A DNA stretch of 24,000 nt from Clostridia bacterium (GCA_045535635.1 JAZSLZ010000015.1:1-24000), one strand, 5' to 3'; numbered from the stretch's first letter, positions 7,412 to 16,220 are shown. The notes: a model not told the origin generated them from the sequence alone. Translations and numbers: made by a program.

Positions 7412-8599
7412 TTAATCACCAAAACAAACACCTACTGTTTTTGCAAGATTTACAAGTTCGCCATTTGGATCAACAGGCTTGAAGTTTCCGTGAATATCGT
7501 TTGACGGAATAACAACCTCAAGAGGAACTGCAACCATTTCGTTATTTCTGAGTGCTACCATATGCTTTTCGTTGCCATTCATTAAAAGGTCAACAGCAGC
7601 GCTTCCGTATCTTGTGCAAAGAACTCTGTCTGAAGCAGAAGTCATACCGCCACGCTGAATATGTGAAAGTGCAGAGCTTCTGCATTCAACATCAATAATG
7701 TCCTCGCTTATAGCGTAACCGTTTTCGTCGCGTTCTGAATTAAACATATTTTCGATAGTTGATGCGATAACCTTTCCAATTCCACCTAGTTTAACACCAT
7801 CAGGTGAAAAGTCCTGAGTGATTGCAGTAACAGCTTTTCCGTCAGGTGCAGGAGCACCTTCGGCAACAACAATGATAGAGTATTTTTTATCACTTAAGAG
7901 AGCTTTTTTAACTCTGTCTTTAATTTTTACAATATCGTATGGAATTTCAGGAAGAATAATTGCGTCTGCACCACTTGCGATACCTGTATGCAGAGCAATG
8001 TGTCCGGCATCTCTGCCCATAACCTCAAAAACCATAACTCTGTGATGGCTTCTGCCAGTTGTTTTAAGTGCATCAACTGCTTCAACATTTTTATTTACTG
8101 CAGTATCAAAACCAAAAGTCTGATCTGTAGAGTTAAGGTCGTTGTCAATGGTTTTAGGAATACCCATAACGCGTACACCCATTCTTGAATAGTCACGACC
8201 TGAAGTTAAAGTTCCGTCACCGCCAACTATAATTAAAGCATCAATACCTGCTTTTTTAATGTTTTCAACTGCTATATGAGAAACATCATCATAAATTGGT
8301 TTGCCGTCTTCGCCTTTAATGATTCCGTTTTTATCACGTCTTGGATATTTGAAAAGGTTGTCCTTGTTAGAATTGTAAAGTATTGTACCGCCGTCGCCAA
8401 TAATTTCGTCAACAGTATCAATTGTTAAAGGAATCATCTGACTTTCACCAAGATAAAGACCTCTGTAGCAATTTTTAATACCAACGCACTCAATTCCGTA
8501 TTTATTTATAGCGGTATAAACAACGGCTCTGATAACTGCATTAAGACCACAACAGTCTCCGCCACCTGTCATAATACCGATTTTCTTTATTTCACTCAT
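7412..8599 (-). CDS. pfkA: 6-phosphofructokinase (PfkA family); phosphoryl donor (ATP or PPi) not resolved
   Basis: Motifs IGIMTGGGDCCGLNAVIR, IIVGGDGTLT, GIPKTIDNDL, MGRDAGHIAL and HIQRGG are present. GGAGG lies upstream of the ATG. Confidence 0.9.
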   Translation of the reverse strand: MSEIKKIGIMTGGGDCCGLNAVIRAVVYTAINKYGIECVGIKNCYRGLYLGESQMIPLTIDTVDEIIGDGGTILYNSNKDNLFKYPRRDKNGIIKGEDGKPIYDDVSHIAVENIKKAGIDALIIVGGDGTLTSGRDYSRMGVRVMGIPKTIDNDLNSTDQTFGFDTAVNKNVEAVDALKTTGRSHHRVMVFEVMGRDAGHIALHTGIASGADAIILPEIPYDIVKIKDRVKKALLSDKKYSIIVVAEGAPAPDGKAVTAITQDFSPDGVKLGGIGKVIASTIENMFNSERDENGYAISEDIIDVECRSSALSHIQRGGMTSASDRVLCTRYGSAAVDLLMNGNEKHMVALRNNEMVAVPLEVVIPSNDIHGNFKPVDPNGELVNLAKTVGVCFGD

Positions 8600-8856
8600 T
8601 AAAAGTCCTCCAAATTTAATCTCAATATATAATACAATAATTTGTAGAAAAAAGCAAGTACTTTATTTTTATTGCAGTAAAATGGGGAGATTTTGTTGTA
8701 AACATATATACATATTATGTCCGGTTTTTAATAAATAATTTATTGATGTTAAAATAAGCTTTGAAAAAGTAAATCCACTTTTTCTTTTATATCCTTTATC
8801 TGGAAACAACAATTTTTTAGTGAAGAGTGAAGAGAGAAAAGTGAATAGATAATAGT

Positions 8857-8899
8857 GCAAAAGAAACGACAACTTTCTCATCGAAAATTGTCGTTTCTT
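8857..8899 (-). terminator. Rho-independent terminator downstream of tRNA-Lys
   Basis: gaaacgacaa (8863-8872) pairs with ttgtcgtttc (8888-8897). It is followed on the minus strand by ttttg. Confidence 0.6.
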
Positions 8900-8901
8900 T
8901 T

Positions 8902-8977
8902 TGGTACACCATCGGGGGCTCGAACCCCGGACACCCTGATTAAGAGTCAGGTGCTCTACCAACTGAGCTAATGGTGC
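8902..8977 (-). tRNA. tRNA-Lys (anticodon CUU), with the 3' CCA encoded
   Basis: The minus strand folds as a cloverleaf. Acceptor stem is GCACCAU/AUGGUGU. The D arm is GCUC-AGUUGGUA-GAGC. The anticodon arm is CCUGA-CUCUUAA-UCAGG, giving anticodon CUU. The T arm is CGGGG-UUCGAGC-CCCCG, followed by ACCA. Confidence 0.93.
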
Positions 8978-9004
8978 ATATTAAATTATTCTCAACAGAT
9001 ATAA

Positions 9005-9033
9005 ATTATAGCACACAAGTTTTGATTTGTAAA
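9005..9033 (-). promoter_or_regulatory. Candidate tRNA-Lys promoter (TTTACA-17 nt-TATAAT with a TGn extension)
   Basis: The minus strand reads tttaca aatcaaaacttgtgtgc tataat. The -35 is at 9028-9033 and the -10 at 9005-9010, about 28 nt upstream of tRNA position 1. Confidence 0.55.
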
Positions 9034-9066
9034 GTACTTTTTTGAAAAAAAAGAAAAAACTTCCGA

Positions 9067-9852
9067 TTATTCATCAGAAGCTTTTTTCATAAAGGTATAA
9101 GCGCCTGTCATTCCTGCAAGGAAAAAGAAAATATCAATTATTGTAGGAACTCCAGGAAAAGCAGTTATTACAGAAGCGAATAAAAATCCCAGTGCTGTGA
9201 AGTATGCATAGCCATGATGTTTTTTGAAGGCAATGTTTATAAGCTTTGCGGTTATAAAGAAAAAAGCTGCAGCACCTAAACCAATCCACACAAGATTAAT
9301 AATATTTAAGGTTGCGATTGAGTTAATCATATCATCGTATGAGCCAAGCTGCATTAACAGGAATGAAGAACTTATTCCAGGAATTAAGATACCCATTGCA
9401 AGGAATACACCTGAAATCAATAATACAACAGAGGAAGCAGATGAACCTAGATTATTCTGAGCAACTGCAAAAGAAAAAAACAAACCTATTGCAATCGCAA
9501 TTGCAGAAAAGGCAAAATACGATTTCTTTATGCCTTCCTTAGTAGCTTCTTTAAGAAGTGATGGTAGGCTACCGATGATAAGACCTATAAAACAGTATAT
9601 TACCGTTTTTTCGTAGTTTTCAAGAAGTTGTCTCATAACAACACCAAAAACACCAAGACCAAGCAAAACACCTAAACCAAGGGGGAGAAGGTAAGAGAAG
9701 CTTTTTTTGAAATTATGATTAATGGTCATAACCGCATCCAGTGCAGGAGCATAAACCCCAAGCACTATTGCAAGAATTCCTCCGCTTAAACCGGGAGTAA
9801 TTGCAGCAACGCCGATTATGAACCCTAAAAGAACTGATTTGATTTTGTTCAT
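9067..9852 (-). CDS. DUF368-family polytopic membrane protein (family recently implicated in undecaprenyl-phosphate recycling/translocation)
   Basis: The protein is hydrophobic throughout and carries the DUF368-like motif ITPGLSGGILAIVLGVY. The ORF track starts at 9870, but ATG 9852 (MNKIK) sits 7 nt after GGAGG and is preferred. Confidence 0.75.
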   Translation of the reverse strand: MNKIKSVLLGFIIGVAAITPGLSGGILAIVLGVYAPALDAVMTINHNFKKSFSYLLPLGLGVLLGLGVFGVVMRQLLENYEKTVIYCFIGLIIGSLPSLLKEATKEGIKKSYFAFSAIAIAIGLFFSFAVAQNNLGSSASSVVLLISGVFLAMGILIPGISSSFLLMQLGSYDDMINSIATLNIINLVWIGLGAAAFFFITAKLINIAFKKHHGYAYFTALGFLFASVITAFPGVPTIIDIFFFLAGMTGAYTFMKKASDE

Positions 9853-9874
9853 AATTTGTCCTCCATACAAGAGT

Positions 9875-9903
9875 ATTATATACCCTTATATGTTAAAAGT
9901 CAA
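9875..9903 (-). promoter_or_regulatory. Candidate promoter for the DUF368 gene (TTGACT-17 nt-TATAAT)
   Basis: The minus strand reads ttgact tttaacatataagggta tataat. The -35 is at 9898-9903 and the -10 at 9875-9880. Confidence 0.5.
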
Positions 9904-9998
9904 TTGATGCTTTTTCAGTTTTAAGGAAAATTTATTTTAAAATAGCTTTGTATAACTAAAGTCTAAATACATTTAATATTTCTTGAACGGCGTATTGT

Positions 9999-10031
9999 TT
10001 ATAAAAATAGCCGGATGATTTATCCGGCTAT
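9999..10031 (-). terminator. Rho-independent terminator of trxB that overlaps its stop codon
   Basis: atagccgga (10007-10015) pairs with tccggctat (10023-10031), and the stop codon lies in the loop. It is followed on the minus strand by tttttat. Confidence 0.6.
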
Positions 10032-10934
10032 ATATTTTTCTGCAAAGTATGCGGCGTTAGCACCGTCTGCAAGGGCGGTTGCAATTTGTCTGAACTGCTT
10101 TGTGCGGACATCACCTGCAACAAAAACACCGTTTAAATTTGTGTGACAGTTTTCGTCGGAAACGATGTAACCATCTTTAAGCTCAAGCTGATTTGCAAAA
10201 ATAGCAGTTTCCGGATTTCGTCCTATGCAGACAAAAACTCCGTCCACTATAAGTCTGGTGGTTGTAGAGCTTTTTGTATCTTCAAGTATCAATGCTGTAA
10301 GCTTCTGGTCAAATAAGAATTTAACAGCTTTCTGATTCAGATAATATTTTATATTCTCACATTTGTTAAGAGCATCTTTATATATTTTAGCTGCTGTAAA
10401 ATAATCTTTTCTGTGTACGATAAAAACATTTTTGCAGATTTTTGATAAGGCAATCGCCTCAGAGATGGCAGAGTTGCCGCCACCAATTACTGCAACGGTT
10501 TTGTCTTTATAAAGAGGGCCGTCACAGGTTGCACAGTAGCTAACACCTTTACCTGTAAGAAATTCTTCATAAGGAAGACCAAGCTTTCTTGGATATGCTC
10601 CTGTGGCAATTATAACACATTTTGTCTGAAAACTCTCGTTGCTACAGTTAACATATTTGATTTTACCTCTCAGTTCAGTTGATGTTATCTCTTTATACAC
10701 AATTTCTGCACCATACTTTTGCGCAGAATTTTTCATTTTTAGTCCAAGTGTAAAACCGTCAATGCCTTCATCAAAACCGGGATAGTTCTCAATGCTTGAT
10801 GCAAGACACATCTGTCCTCCAAAAGCAAACTTTTCAAAGAGAAGAGTTTTAAGACCTGCCCTTGCACAATAAAGTGCAGAGCAAAACCCTGCGGGACCTC
10901 CGCCAATTATAATAATATCATAAATTTTGTCCAT
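10020..10934 (-). CDS. trxB: Thioredoxin-disulfide reductase (low-molecular-weight TrxR)
   Basis: The FAD motif YDIIIIGGGPAG, the redox-active CATCDG, the second dinucleotide motif VAVIGGGNSA and the C-terminal VFVAGDV are present. The ORF-track start at 10988 adds 18 non-homologous residues, so ATG 10934 (MDKIYD) is preferred. Confidence 0.88.
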   Translation of the reverse strand: MDKIYDIIIIGGGPAGFCSALYCARAGLKTLLFEKFAFGGQMCLASSIENYPGFDEGIDGFTLGLKMKNSAQKYGAEIVYKEITSTELRGKIKYVNCSNESFQTKCVIIATGAYPRKLGLPYEEFLTGKGVSYCATCDGPLYKDKTVAVIGGGNSAISEAIALSKICKNVFIVHRKDYFTAAKIYKDALNKCENIKYYLNQKAVKFLFDQKLTALILEDTKSSTTTRLIVDGVFVCIGRNPETAIFANQLELKDGYIVSDENCHTNLNGVFVAGDVRTKQFRQIATALADGANAAYFAEKYIAG

Positions 10935-11001
10935 AAAAATCACCCAAAATAGTTTTTGCTGAATAAAAATTTTTATTCTATATAACATAAAAAACAGTGC
11001 A

Positions 11002-11030
11002 TTGACAAATGGTTCGTGTTAGGGTATTAT
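11002..11030 (+). promoter_or_regulatory. Candidate promoter for the PHP-phosphatase/YgjV-like pair (TTGACA-17 nt-TATTAT)
   Basis: -35 TTGACA at 11002-11007 and -10 TATTAT at 11025-11030. Confidence 0.5.
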
Positions 11031-11073
11031 AGTTTTTGAGGATATGAAGAAACTTTTTTTGAAGAGGTAAAAG

Positions 11074-11856
11074 ATGACATATAATTTTCACACTCACACA
11101 AAAAGATGCGGACATGCTACAGGTGAAGCAGAAAATTATATATTAAGAGCAATTGCAAACAATGTTAAGGATATGGGGTTTTCAGAACATATTCCTTTCA
11201 AGTTTCCTAATGGCTATGAGTCTTATTTCAGACTGCCTTTAAGTGAAGTTAAAGACTATTTTGAAGAGATTAATTTTCTGCGTGAAAAATATAAGAAACA
11301 GATAAATATCAAAATCGGTTTTGAAATGGAATATTATCCTGCATATTTTGAAGAAATGCTTAAAAATGCAAAAGCATTTGGTGCAGAGTATCTGATTTTA
11401 GGACAGCATTTTATATATGGCGAAGTTGATGACGGTGTAGCAACAGTAAGAAAATCGGAAAGTGTTGAAGGCTTAAACGAATATGTAAACTGCGTTGTGG
11501 CAGGGATAAAAAGCGGAGTTTTCACTTATGTTGCACATCCTGATATTTTCAGATTTGTCGGTGATGACAAAATATACTATGAGAAAATGAAACAGATTTG
11601 TATTGCCTCAAAAGAATATAATGTCCCACTTGAAATCAATTTCCTGGGAATAAGAAATAAAAGAAATTACCCTTATGATAAATTCTGGGAAATAGCAGGA
11701 GAAATCAAATGCCCTGTAACCTTTGGGTTTGATGCCCATGATGAAGATTCAGCCTATGATGGGGACTCTTTGATTAAGGCAAAAGAGCTTGTTGAAAAAT
11801 ATAGATTAAATTATATAGGAAAACCTGAAATAGTGAATATAAATAAAGAGGTGTAA
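11074..11856 (+). CDS. PHP-domain phosphatase, histidinol-phosphatase HisJ family
   Basis: The N-terminal metal-binding motif FHTHTKRCGHA is present, with further PHP His/Asp positions (SEHIP, GFEMEY, VAHPD, GFDAHD). The length of about 260 aa fits the family. Confidence 0.75.
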   Translation: MTYNFHTHTKRCGHATGEAENYILRAIANNVKDMGFSEHIPFKFPNGYESYFRLPLSEVKDYFEEINFLREKYKKQINIKIGFEMEYYPAYFEEMLKNAKAFGAEYLILGQHFIYGEVDDGVATVRKSESVEGLNEYVNCVVAGIKSGVFTYVAHPDIFRFVGDDKIYYEKMKQICIASKEYNVPLEINFLGIRNKRNYPYDKFWEIAGEIKCPVTFGFDAHDEDSAYDGDSLIKAKELVEKYRLNYIGKPEIVNINKEV

Positions 11857-11859
11857 AAA

Positions 11860-12393
11860 ATGTTAACAAAAGAATTTATCGGTCAGGCATTCGGTATAGT
11901 AGGTCTTTTAATGTTTGTGCTTTCATTCCAGTGTAAAGAAAACAAGAAGCTTATTTTTGTTCAGGGGATAGGCGGAATGATGTTTTTTCTCAACTTTTTG
12001 CTTATAGGTGCGTATGGCGGTGCTTTGTTCAATCTTACAATTCTCGTAAGAGGTCTCTTATATATGAAGAAAGACAACAAAATATGGAAACCAGTTGTTG
12101 TTGAAATTTTGTTTACAATTGCATACGTATATTCATTGTCGTTGGTGAAAAACAGTTTGCTTCAGATTATACTTACAACCCTGCCGTATTTGTCACTTCT
12201 TGTTATGAGTGTGCTTATGTGGAAGGGTGACGGTAAAAAAATAAGAATTTTTCAGACTGTAGCACTTTCTCCATCATGGCTTATACATAATATATTTAAT
12301 TTTACTTTGGGAGGAATACTTGCAGAAATATTTAATATAATTTCAGCAGTTGTTTCACTTATAAGATTTAAAGAAAAAAATGACACCGTGTAA
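11860..12393 (+). CDS. Small multi-pass membrane protein, YgjV-like (tentative)
   Basis: About five hydrophobic helices in 177 aa. The segment SWLIHNIF..LGG resembles, from my memory, the YgjV inner-membrane protein family. It starts 4 nt after the preceding stop. Confidence 0.5.
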   Translation: MLTKEFIGQAFGIVGLLMFVLSFQCKENKKLIFVQGIGGMMFFLNFLLIGAYGGALFNLTILVRGLLYMKKDNKIWKPVVVEILFTIAYVYSLSLVKNSLLQIILTTLPYLSLLVMSVLMWKGDGKKIRIFQTVALSPSWLIHNIFNFTLGGILAEIFNIISAVVSLIRFKEKNDTV

Positions 12394-12406
12394 GGTGTCT
12401 TTTTTT
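12382..12406 (+). terminator. Rho-independent terminator
   Basis: gacacc-gtgtaa-ggtgtc followed by T7. The stop codon lies in the loop. Confidence 0.7.
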
Positions 12407-12496
12407 GACCGAAATGTCAAAAAAAGTTGCTCCAATTAACTAAAAAAATAAAGTAAATTGGGGAGTTTTTGGAGCGAAAAAATTTGAAAAAATTAT

Positions 12497-12525
12497 TGAC
12501 AAATTAATAGGAAATATGGTAGTAT
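12497..12525 (+). promoter_or_regulatory. Candidate promoter of the sugar ABC operon (TTGACA-17 nt-TAGTAT with a TGn extension)
   Basis: -35 TTGACA at 12497-12502, TG at 12517-12518 and -10 TAGTAT at 12520-12525. Confidence 0.5.
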
Positions 12526-12584
12526 TGAAATATAGAGGAAGGAGTAAAATATAACTAATATAAATAATGAAATGGAGAAAAGAT

Positions 12585-14084
12585 ATGGATGAAATAATTC
12601 TTCAAATGAAAGATATTGACAAAAGATTTTCAGGTGTCCATGCATTGAAATCCGTAAACCTTGAACTGAAGAAAGGTGAGGTTCACGCACTTATGGGTGA
12701 AAATGGTGCCGGAAAATCAACACTTATGAAAGTTCTTTGCGGAATTCATAAAAGAGATGGCGGCGAAATTACACTTTTTGGTGAAAAAGTTAATTTTCAT
12801 AACATTAAGGATTCTCAGAACGCAGGAATAAGTATTATTCATCAGGAACTTAATATGATGAACCACTTAACTGTTGCACAGAATATCTACATCGGCAGAG
12901 AGCCTATGATAAACGGCATCTATATAGATGATAAAAAAATGGAAAAAGATGCTAAAGAGCTTTTTGACAGAATAGGTGTAAAAATTGATCCGTCTGCAGT
13001 TTTGGGAACGCTCACAGTTGGTAAACAACAGATGGTAGAAATTGCAAAAGCAGTTTCAAGAGATTCAAAAATTCTTATTTTAGATGAACCTACAGCAGCT
13101 CTTACTCAGCTTGAAGTAGAAGAATTGTTTAAAATTATGAATGACCTTAAAGCGAAAGGAATCGGAATGATTTACATTTCGCATCGTATGGATGAAATCA
13201 ACAGAATTTCAGATCGTATTACTGTAATGCGTGACGGCGAATATGTAGGAACTCTTATTACAAAAGAAACAACAAAAGATGAAATCGTTAAAATGATGGT
13301 TGGAAGAGTTATCTACGGAGATAAGAAAGAATCAAGTAATGTTCCTGAGGATGCAGAGGTTGTTCTTGAAGTTAAAAATCTCAATAAAGGTAAAGAAATT
13401 AAAGATGTTAGCTTCAAGTTGAGAAAAGGTGAAATTTTAGGTTTTTCAGGTCTTATGGGTGCAGGAAGAACTGAAGTTGCAAGAGCAATTTACGGTGCCG
13501 ATCCTATAGATAGCGGTGAAATATACATAAACGGACAGAAAACAAAAATCAAAACTCCCGCAGATGCAGTTAAGAAAGGAATTTGTTACCTTTCTGAAGA
13601 CAGAAAAAGATATGGTCTTATGCTTGATAAGTCTATAGCAGAAAACTCTGCTTTGGCGTCACTTGAAGATTATATTAAGTTTGGCTGGATAAATGACGGA
13701 AAGATTGAAAAAGATGCAGAGCGTGAAAATGCTAAATTAAAAACAAAAACACCGTCAATGAAGCAGCTTCTTAAAAATCTTTCAGGTGGTAATCAGCAAA
13801 AGGTTATTATTGCAAGATGGCTTTTAAATGACGCGGATATATTTATCTTTGACGAACCTACAAGAGGTATTGACATTGGTGCAAAAAGTGAAATGTACAC
13901 TCTTATGGAAGAACTTGCATCTCAGGGCAAATCAGTAATTATGGTATCTTCTGAACTTGCCGAAATACAAAGACTCAGCGACAGGGTTATTGTTATGTGT
14001 GAAGGCAGAATAACAGGAGAGCTTGACATCAAAGATGCAACTCAGGAAAAAATTATGGCGTATGCAACAATGAGGGAGGAATGA
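12585..14084 (+). CDS. Sugar ABC transporter ATP-binding protein with two fused ATPase domains (RbsA/MglA type)
   Basis: Walker A GENGAGKST is present, with signature motifs in both halves (LSGGNQQK in the second) and Walker B motifs ILILDEPT and IFIFDEPT. The N-terminus MDEIILQMKDI aligns with RbsA-type starts. ATG 12585 follows GGAGA by 7 nt, whereas the ORF-track start at 12567 has no ribosome binding site. Confidence 0.92.
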   Translation: MDEIILQMKDIDKRFSGVHALKSVNLELKKGEVHALMGENGAGKSTLMKVLCGIHKRDGGEITLFGEKVNFHNIKDSQNAGISIIHQELNMMNHLTVAQNIYIGREPMINGIYIDDKKMEKDAKELFDRIGVKIDPSAVLGTLTVGKQQMVEIAKAVSRDSKILILDEPTAALTQLEVEELFKIMNDLKAKGIGMIYISHRMDEINRISDRITVMRDGEYVGTLITKETTKDEIVKMMVGRVIYGDKKESSNVPEDAEVVLEVKNLNKGKEIKDVSFKLRKGEILGFSGLMGAGRTEVARAIYGADPIDSGEIYINGQKTKIKTPADAVKKGICYLSEDRKRYGLMLDKSIAENSALASLEDYIKFGWINDGKIEKDAERENAKLKTKTPSMKQLLKNLSGGNQQKVIIARWLLNDADIFIFDEPTRGIDIGAKSEMYTLMEELASQGKSVIMVSSELAEIQRLSDRVIVMCEGRITGELDIKDATQEKIMAYATMREE

Positions 14085-14089
14085 TTAAA

Positions 14090-15112
14090 ATGAAAACTTC
14101 AAATACATTAGCTTCGGTTATTAAGAAAAGTATGCAGAATATGATTATTATTGCAGCACTTGCAATTCTGGTTATTATATTCTGGGCATTAAATCCAAAC
14201 TTTTTGGGTAAATATAATATTGTTAGTATGGCACAGTCATTAGCACCATATGCTATTATGGGACTTGGCGTTACATTCGTAATTGCAACAGGTGGTATTG
14301 ACCTTTCAATCGGTACAACTTGTATTGCTTCTGCAGTTATTGCAGGTAAGCTTTATATGAACGGTATGCCTCTTGGATGGACAATTCCGGTTATGATTGC
14401 TATTGGTGCATTGATTGGATTTGTAAATGGTATTTTAGTAGCAAAACTTAAAATCCCTGCGTTTATTGCAACACTTGGAACTATGATGTTCGGCAGAGGA
14501 TTAAGTGCTATTATTGTTTCAATACCAAACATTTTCTTCCCAGGTGGAACTTGGTTTAACAAAGTATTTTCAAACTACAACGGTGTACCTGTGGGACTCA
14601 TCTGGGTAGTATTCTTCGCACTTATCTGTATGTATCTTATGTACAAATGTAAAATAGGCAGATACATTCTTTCAATCGGAAGTAATGAAGAAGCAACAAG
14701 ACTTTCAGGTATTGACACAGATAAATACAAAATTATTGCATATACAATCGCAGGTATTGCAACAGGTATTGCAGCTATCTTCTGGTCAGCATCATTTACA
14801 ACAGTTGCAGCTGCTACAGGTAACGGTATGGAGCTTGATGCTATAGCAGGTGTATATATCGGCGGAACATCAGCTGCCGGTGGTACAGCTTCAATTGCAG
14901 GTTCTGTTATCGGTGCAATTATGCTTGTAGTTATAAGAAGCGGTCTTAATTTTGTTCTTGCTAAATTCAACCTTAATGTAAACTCAACCTATGTTACATA
15001 TGTTTTAACAGGTATTATTGTAGTTGTTGCGGTACTTATGGACGTTATCAAGAATAAAAATGCCAATAAGGTTAAAGTTGAGAAAAAGCCAAAAGAAGCT
15101 AAAAAAGCTTGA
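14090..15112 (+). CDS. Sugar ABC transporter permease (RbsC/BPD_transp_2 type)
   Basis: Polytopic protein with the family-typical segment ATGGIDLSIG and the loop LSIGSNEEATRLSGI. ATG 14090 is 10 nt after GGGAGG. The ORF-track ATG at 14081 is only 1 nt after it. Confidence 0.9.
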   Translation: MKTSNTLASVIKKSMQNMIIIAALAILVIIFWALNPNFLGKYNIVSMAQSLAPYAIMGLGVTFVIATGGIDLSIGTTCIASAVIAGKLYMNGMPLGWTIPVMIAIGALIGFVNGILVAKLKIPAFIATLGTMMFGRGLSAIIVSIPNIFFPGGTWFNKVFSNYNGVPVGLIWVVFFALICMYLMYKCKIGRYILSIGSNEEATRLSGIDTDKYKIIAYTIAGIATGIAAIFWSASFTTVAAATGNGMELDAIAGVYIGGTSAAGGTASIAGSVIGAIMLVVIRSGLNFVLAKFNLNVNSTYVTYVLTGIIVVVAVLMDVIKNKNANKVKVEKKPKEAKKA

Positions 15113-15185
15113 AATAAAAATCTAAAAACGCACGCACTTAAAAAGAATTGTTAAAAAGATATAATAATATAAGGAGGAATATATT

Positions 15186-16220
15186 ATGAAAAAATTATTA
15201 TCAATCATCCTTGCAGCTATGATGCTCACAACACTTCTTACAGGTTGTGGCGGAACAGGTGCAGAATCAGGAAAAACAATTGCAGTAGTTGCAAAAGGCG
15301 AATCACATGCTTTCTGGCAGTCAGTAAAAGCTGGTGCAGAAGCAGCAGGTGAAAAATATGGTTACAAAATCACATTCAGAGGTCCTGCAAGTGAATCAGC
15401 TAAAGACCTTCCATCACAGATGGAAATGGTACAGACAGCTCTTTCAAACAACGCATCAGCGATTGTTTTAGCAACAATTGGCGAAGGCTTTGTTGATCTT
15501 TTAACACAGGCTAAAGATAGCGGTATTCCTGTAGTTCAGTTCGATAGCGGTATTTGGGCAAATGACGTTGCAGCTCTTGATGCAGCAGACAAAAATCCAT
15601 TAGTAGCACATGTTGCAACAAGCAACTATTTAGCAGCAGGTACAGTAGCAGATAACTTCTTTGCAGCTATTAAAGAAGACATTGCAGCAGCTGATCAGTA
15701 TATCATCGGTGTTATCCAGCACGACGAAACACAGACAGGTATTGACAGAGCAGCTGGTTTTATCGATAAATTTGAAGAACTTGCAAATGCAGATGCTTCA
15801 ACAAAAGGCAAATTCAAAATCGAAAAAGAAGTTAAGCCTGGTGATGCAGACAATGCATACAAAGCAGCTTTAGAAGCTCTTGCAGAAAAAGGCGCATCAG
15901 CTATCTTTATGACAAACGAAGGTGTTGTTAAACAGGTTTATGATGCAATCGGTGCTGCAGGTACAAAATATGATGCAATCAAATTTGCAGGTTACGATGC
16001 AGGTACAAAGCAGATTGAATGGATGAAGAAAACAACAGGTCCTAAGCTTGTTGGTGCAGTTGCTCAGGATTCATTCCAGATTGGTTATCAGGCAGTTGAA
16101 CAGGCAGTATTTGCTTTAGAAGGAAAAGAAATCACAGAAAAAGTTGACATTGCAGGTGCATGGTGGGATGCAGCAAATGTTGACGAAATGATCGAAAAGA
16201 ACTTAGTATATCAGGGATAA
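15186..16220 (+). CDS. Sugar-binding lipoprotein of the ABC transporter (periplasmic-binding-protein type I fold, RbsB-like); substrate unknown
   Basis: A signal peptide with lipobox LLTGCGG is present. The pattern KTIAVV...FWQSV...GA and later NEG... is typical of ribose/galactose-type binding proteins. A strong AAGGAGG ribosome binding site precedes it. Confidence 0.88.
   Translation: MKKLLSIILAAMMLTTLLTGCGGTGAESGKTIAVVAKGESHAFWQSVKAGAEAAGEKYGYKITFRGPASESAKDLPSQMEMVQTALSNNASAIVLATIGEGFVDLLTQAKDSGIPVVQFDSGIWANDVAALDAADKNPLVAHVATSNYLAAGTVADNFFAAIKEDIAAADQYIIGVIQHDETQTGIDRAAGFIDKFEELANADASTKGKFKIEKEVKPGDADNAYKAALEALAEKGASAIFMTNEGVVKQVYDAIGAAGTKYDAIKFAGYDAGTKQIEWMKKTTGPKLVGAVAQDSFQIGYQAVEQAVFALEGKEITEKVDIAGAWWDAANVDEMIEKNLVYQG

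Noticed and set aside
8682-8738. 18-codon Cys-rich sORF (MGRFCCKHIYILCPVFNK) on the plus strand upstream of pfk
   Set aside because: There is no ribosome binding site or promoter. It lies in the minus-strand pfk promoter/leader region and is probably fortuitous.
8821-8855. Five tandem heptamers ending in AG (tgaagag tgaagag agaaaag tgaatag ataatag) between the tRNA terminator and the pfk promoter region
   Set aside because: The array is short, degenerate and purine-rich, consistent with slippage. There is no flanking structure or coding context. It is only worth a genome-wide motif count.
8669-8962. 97-aa minus-strand ORF
   Set aside because: Its 5' part is the tRNA-Lys gene read as protein (…LNQGVRGSSPRW…). 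The rest is intergenic sequence with no ribosome binding site.
12404-12421. Palindrome tttgac-cgaaat-gtcaaa just after the terminator and upstream of the sugar ABC operon, considered as a cre or LacI-type operator
   Set aside because: It does not fit the cre consensus (TGNAANCGNTNNCA). It lies about 90 bp upstream of the -35. No regulator gene is adjacent.
12535-12566. Strong AGGAAGGAG Shine-Dalgarno-like sequence in the ABC operon leader, suggesting an unannotated upstream ORF
   Set aside because: No ATG, GTG or TTG lies at a usable distance downstream. The real ATPase start (12585) has its own GGAGA.
12567-16220. Sugar ABC importer considered as part of an accessory or novel uptake system
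   Set aside because: It has the standard three-component RbsACB-like architecture with intact motifs. The only oddities are the lack of an adjacent regulator and the unknown substrate, and neither is unusual.
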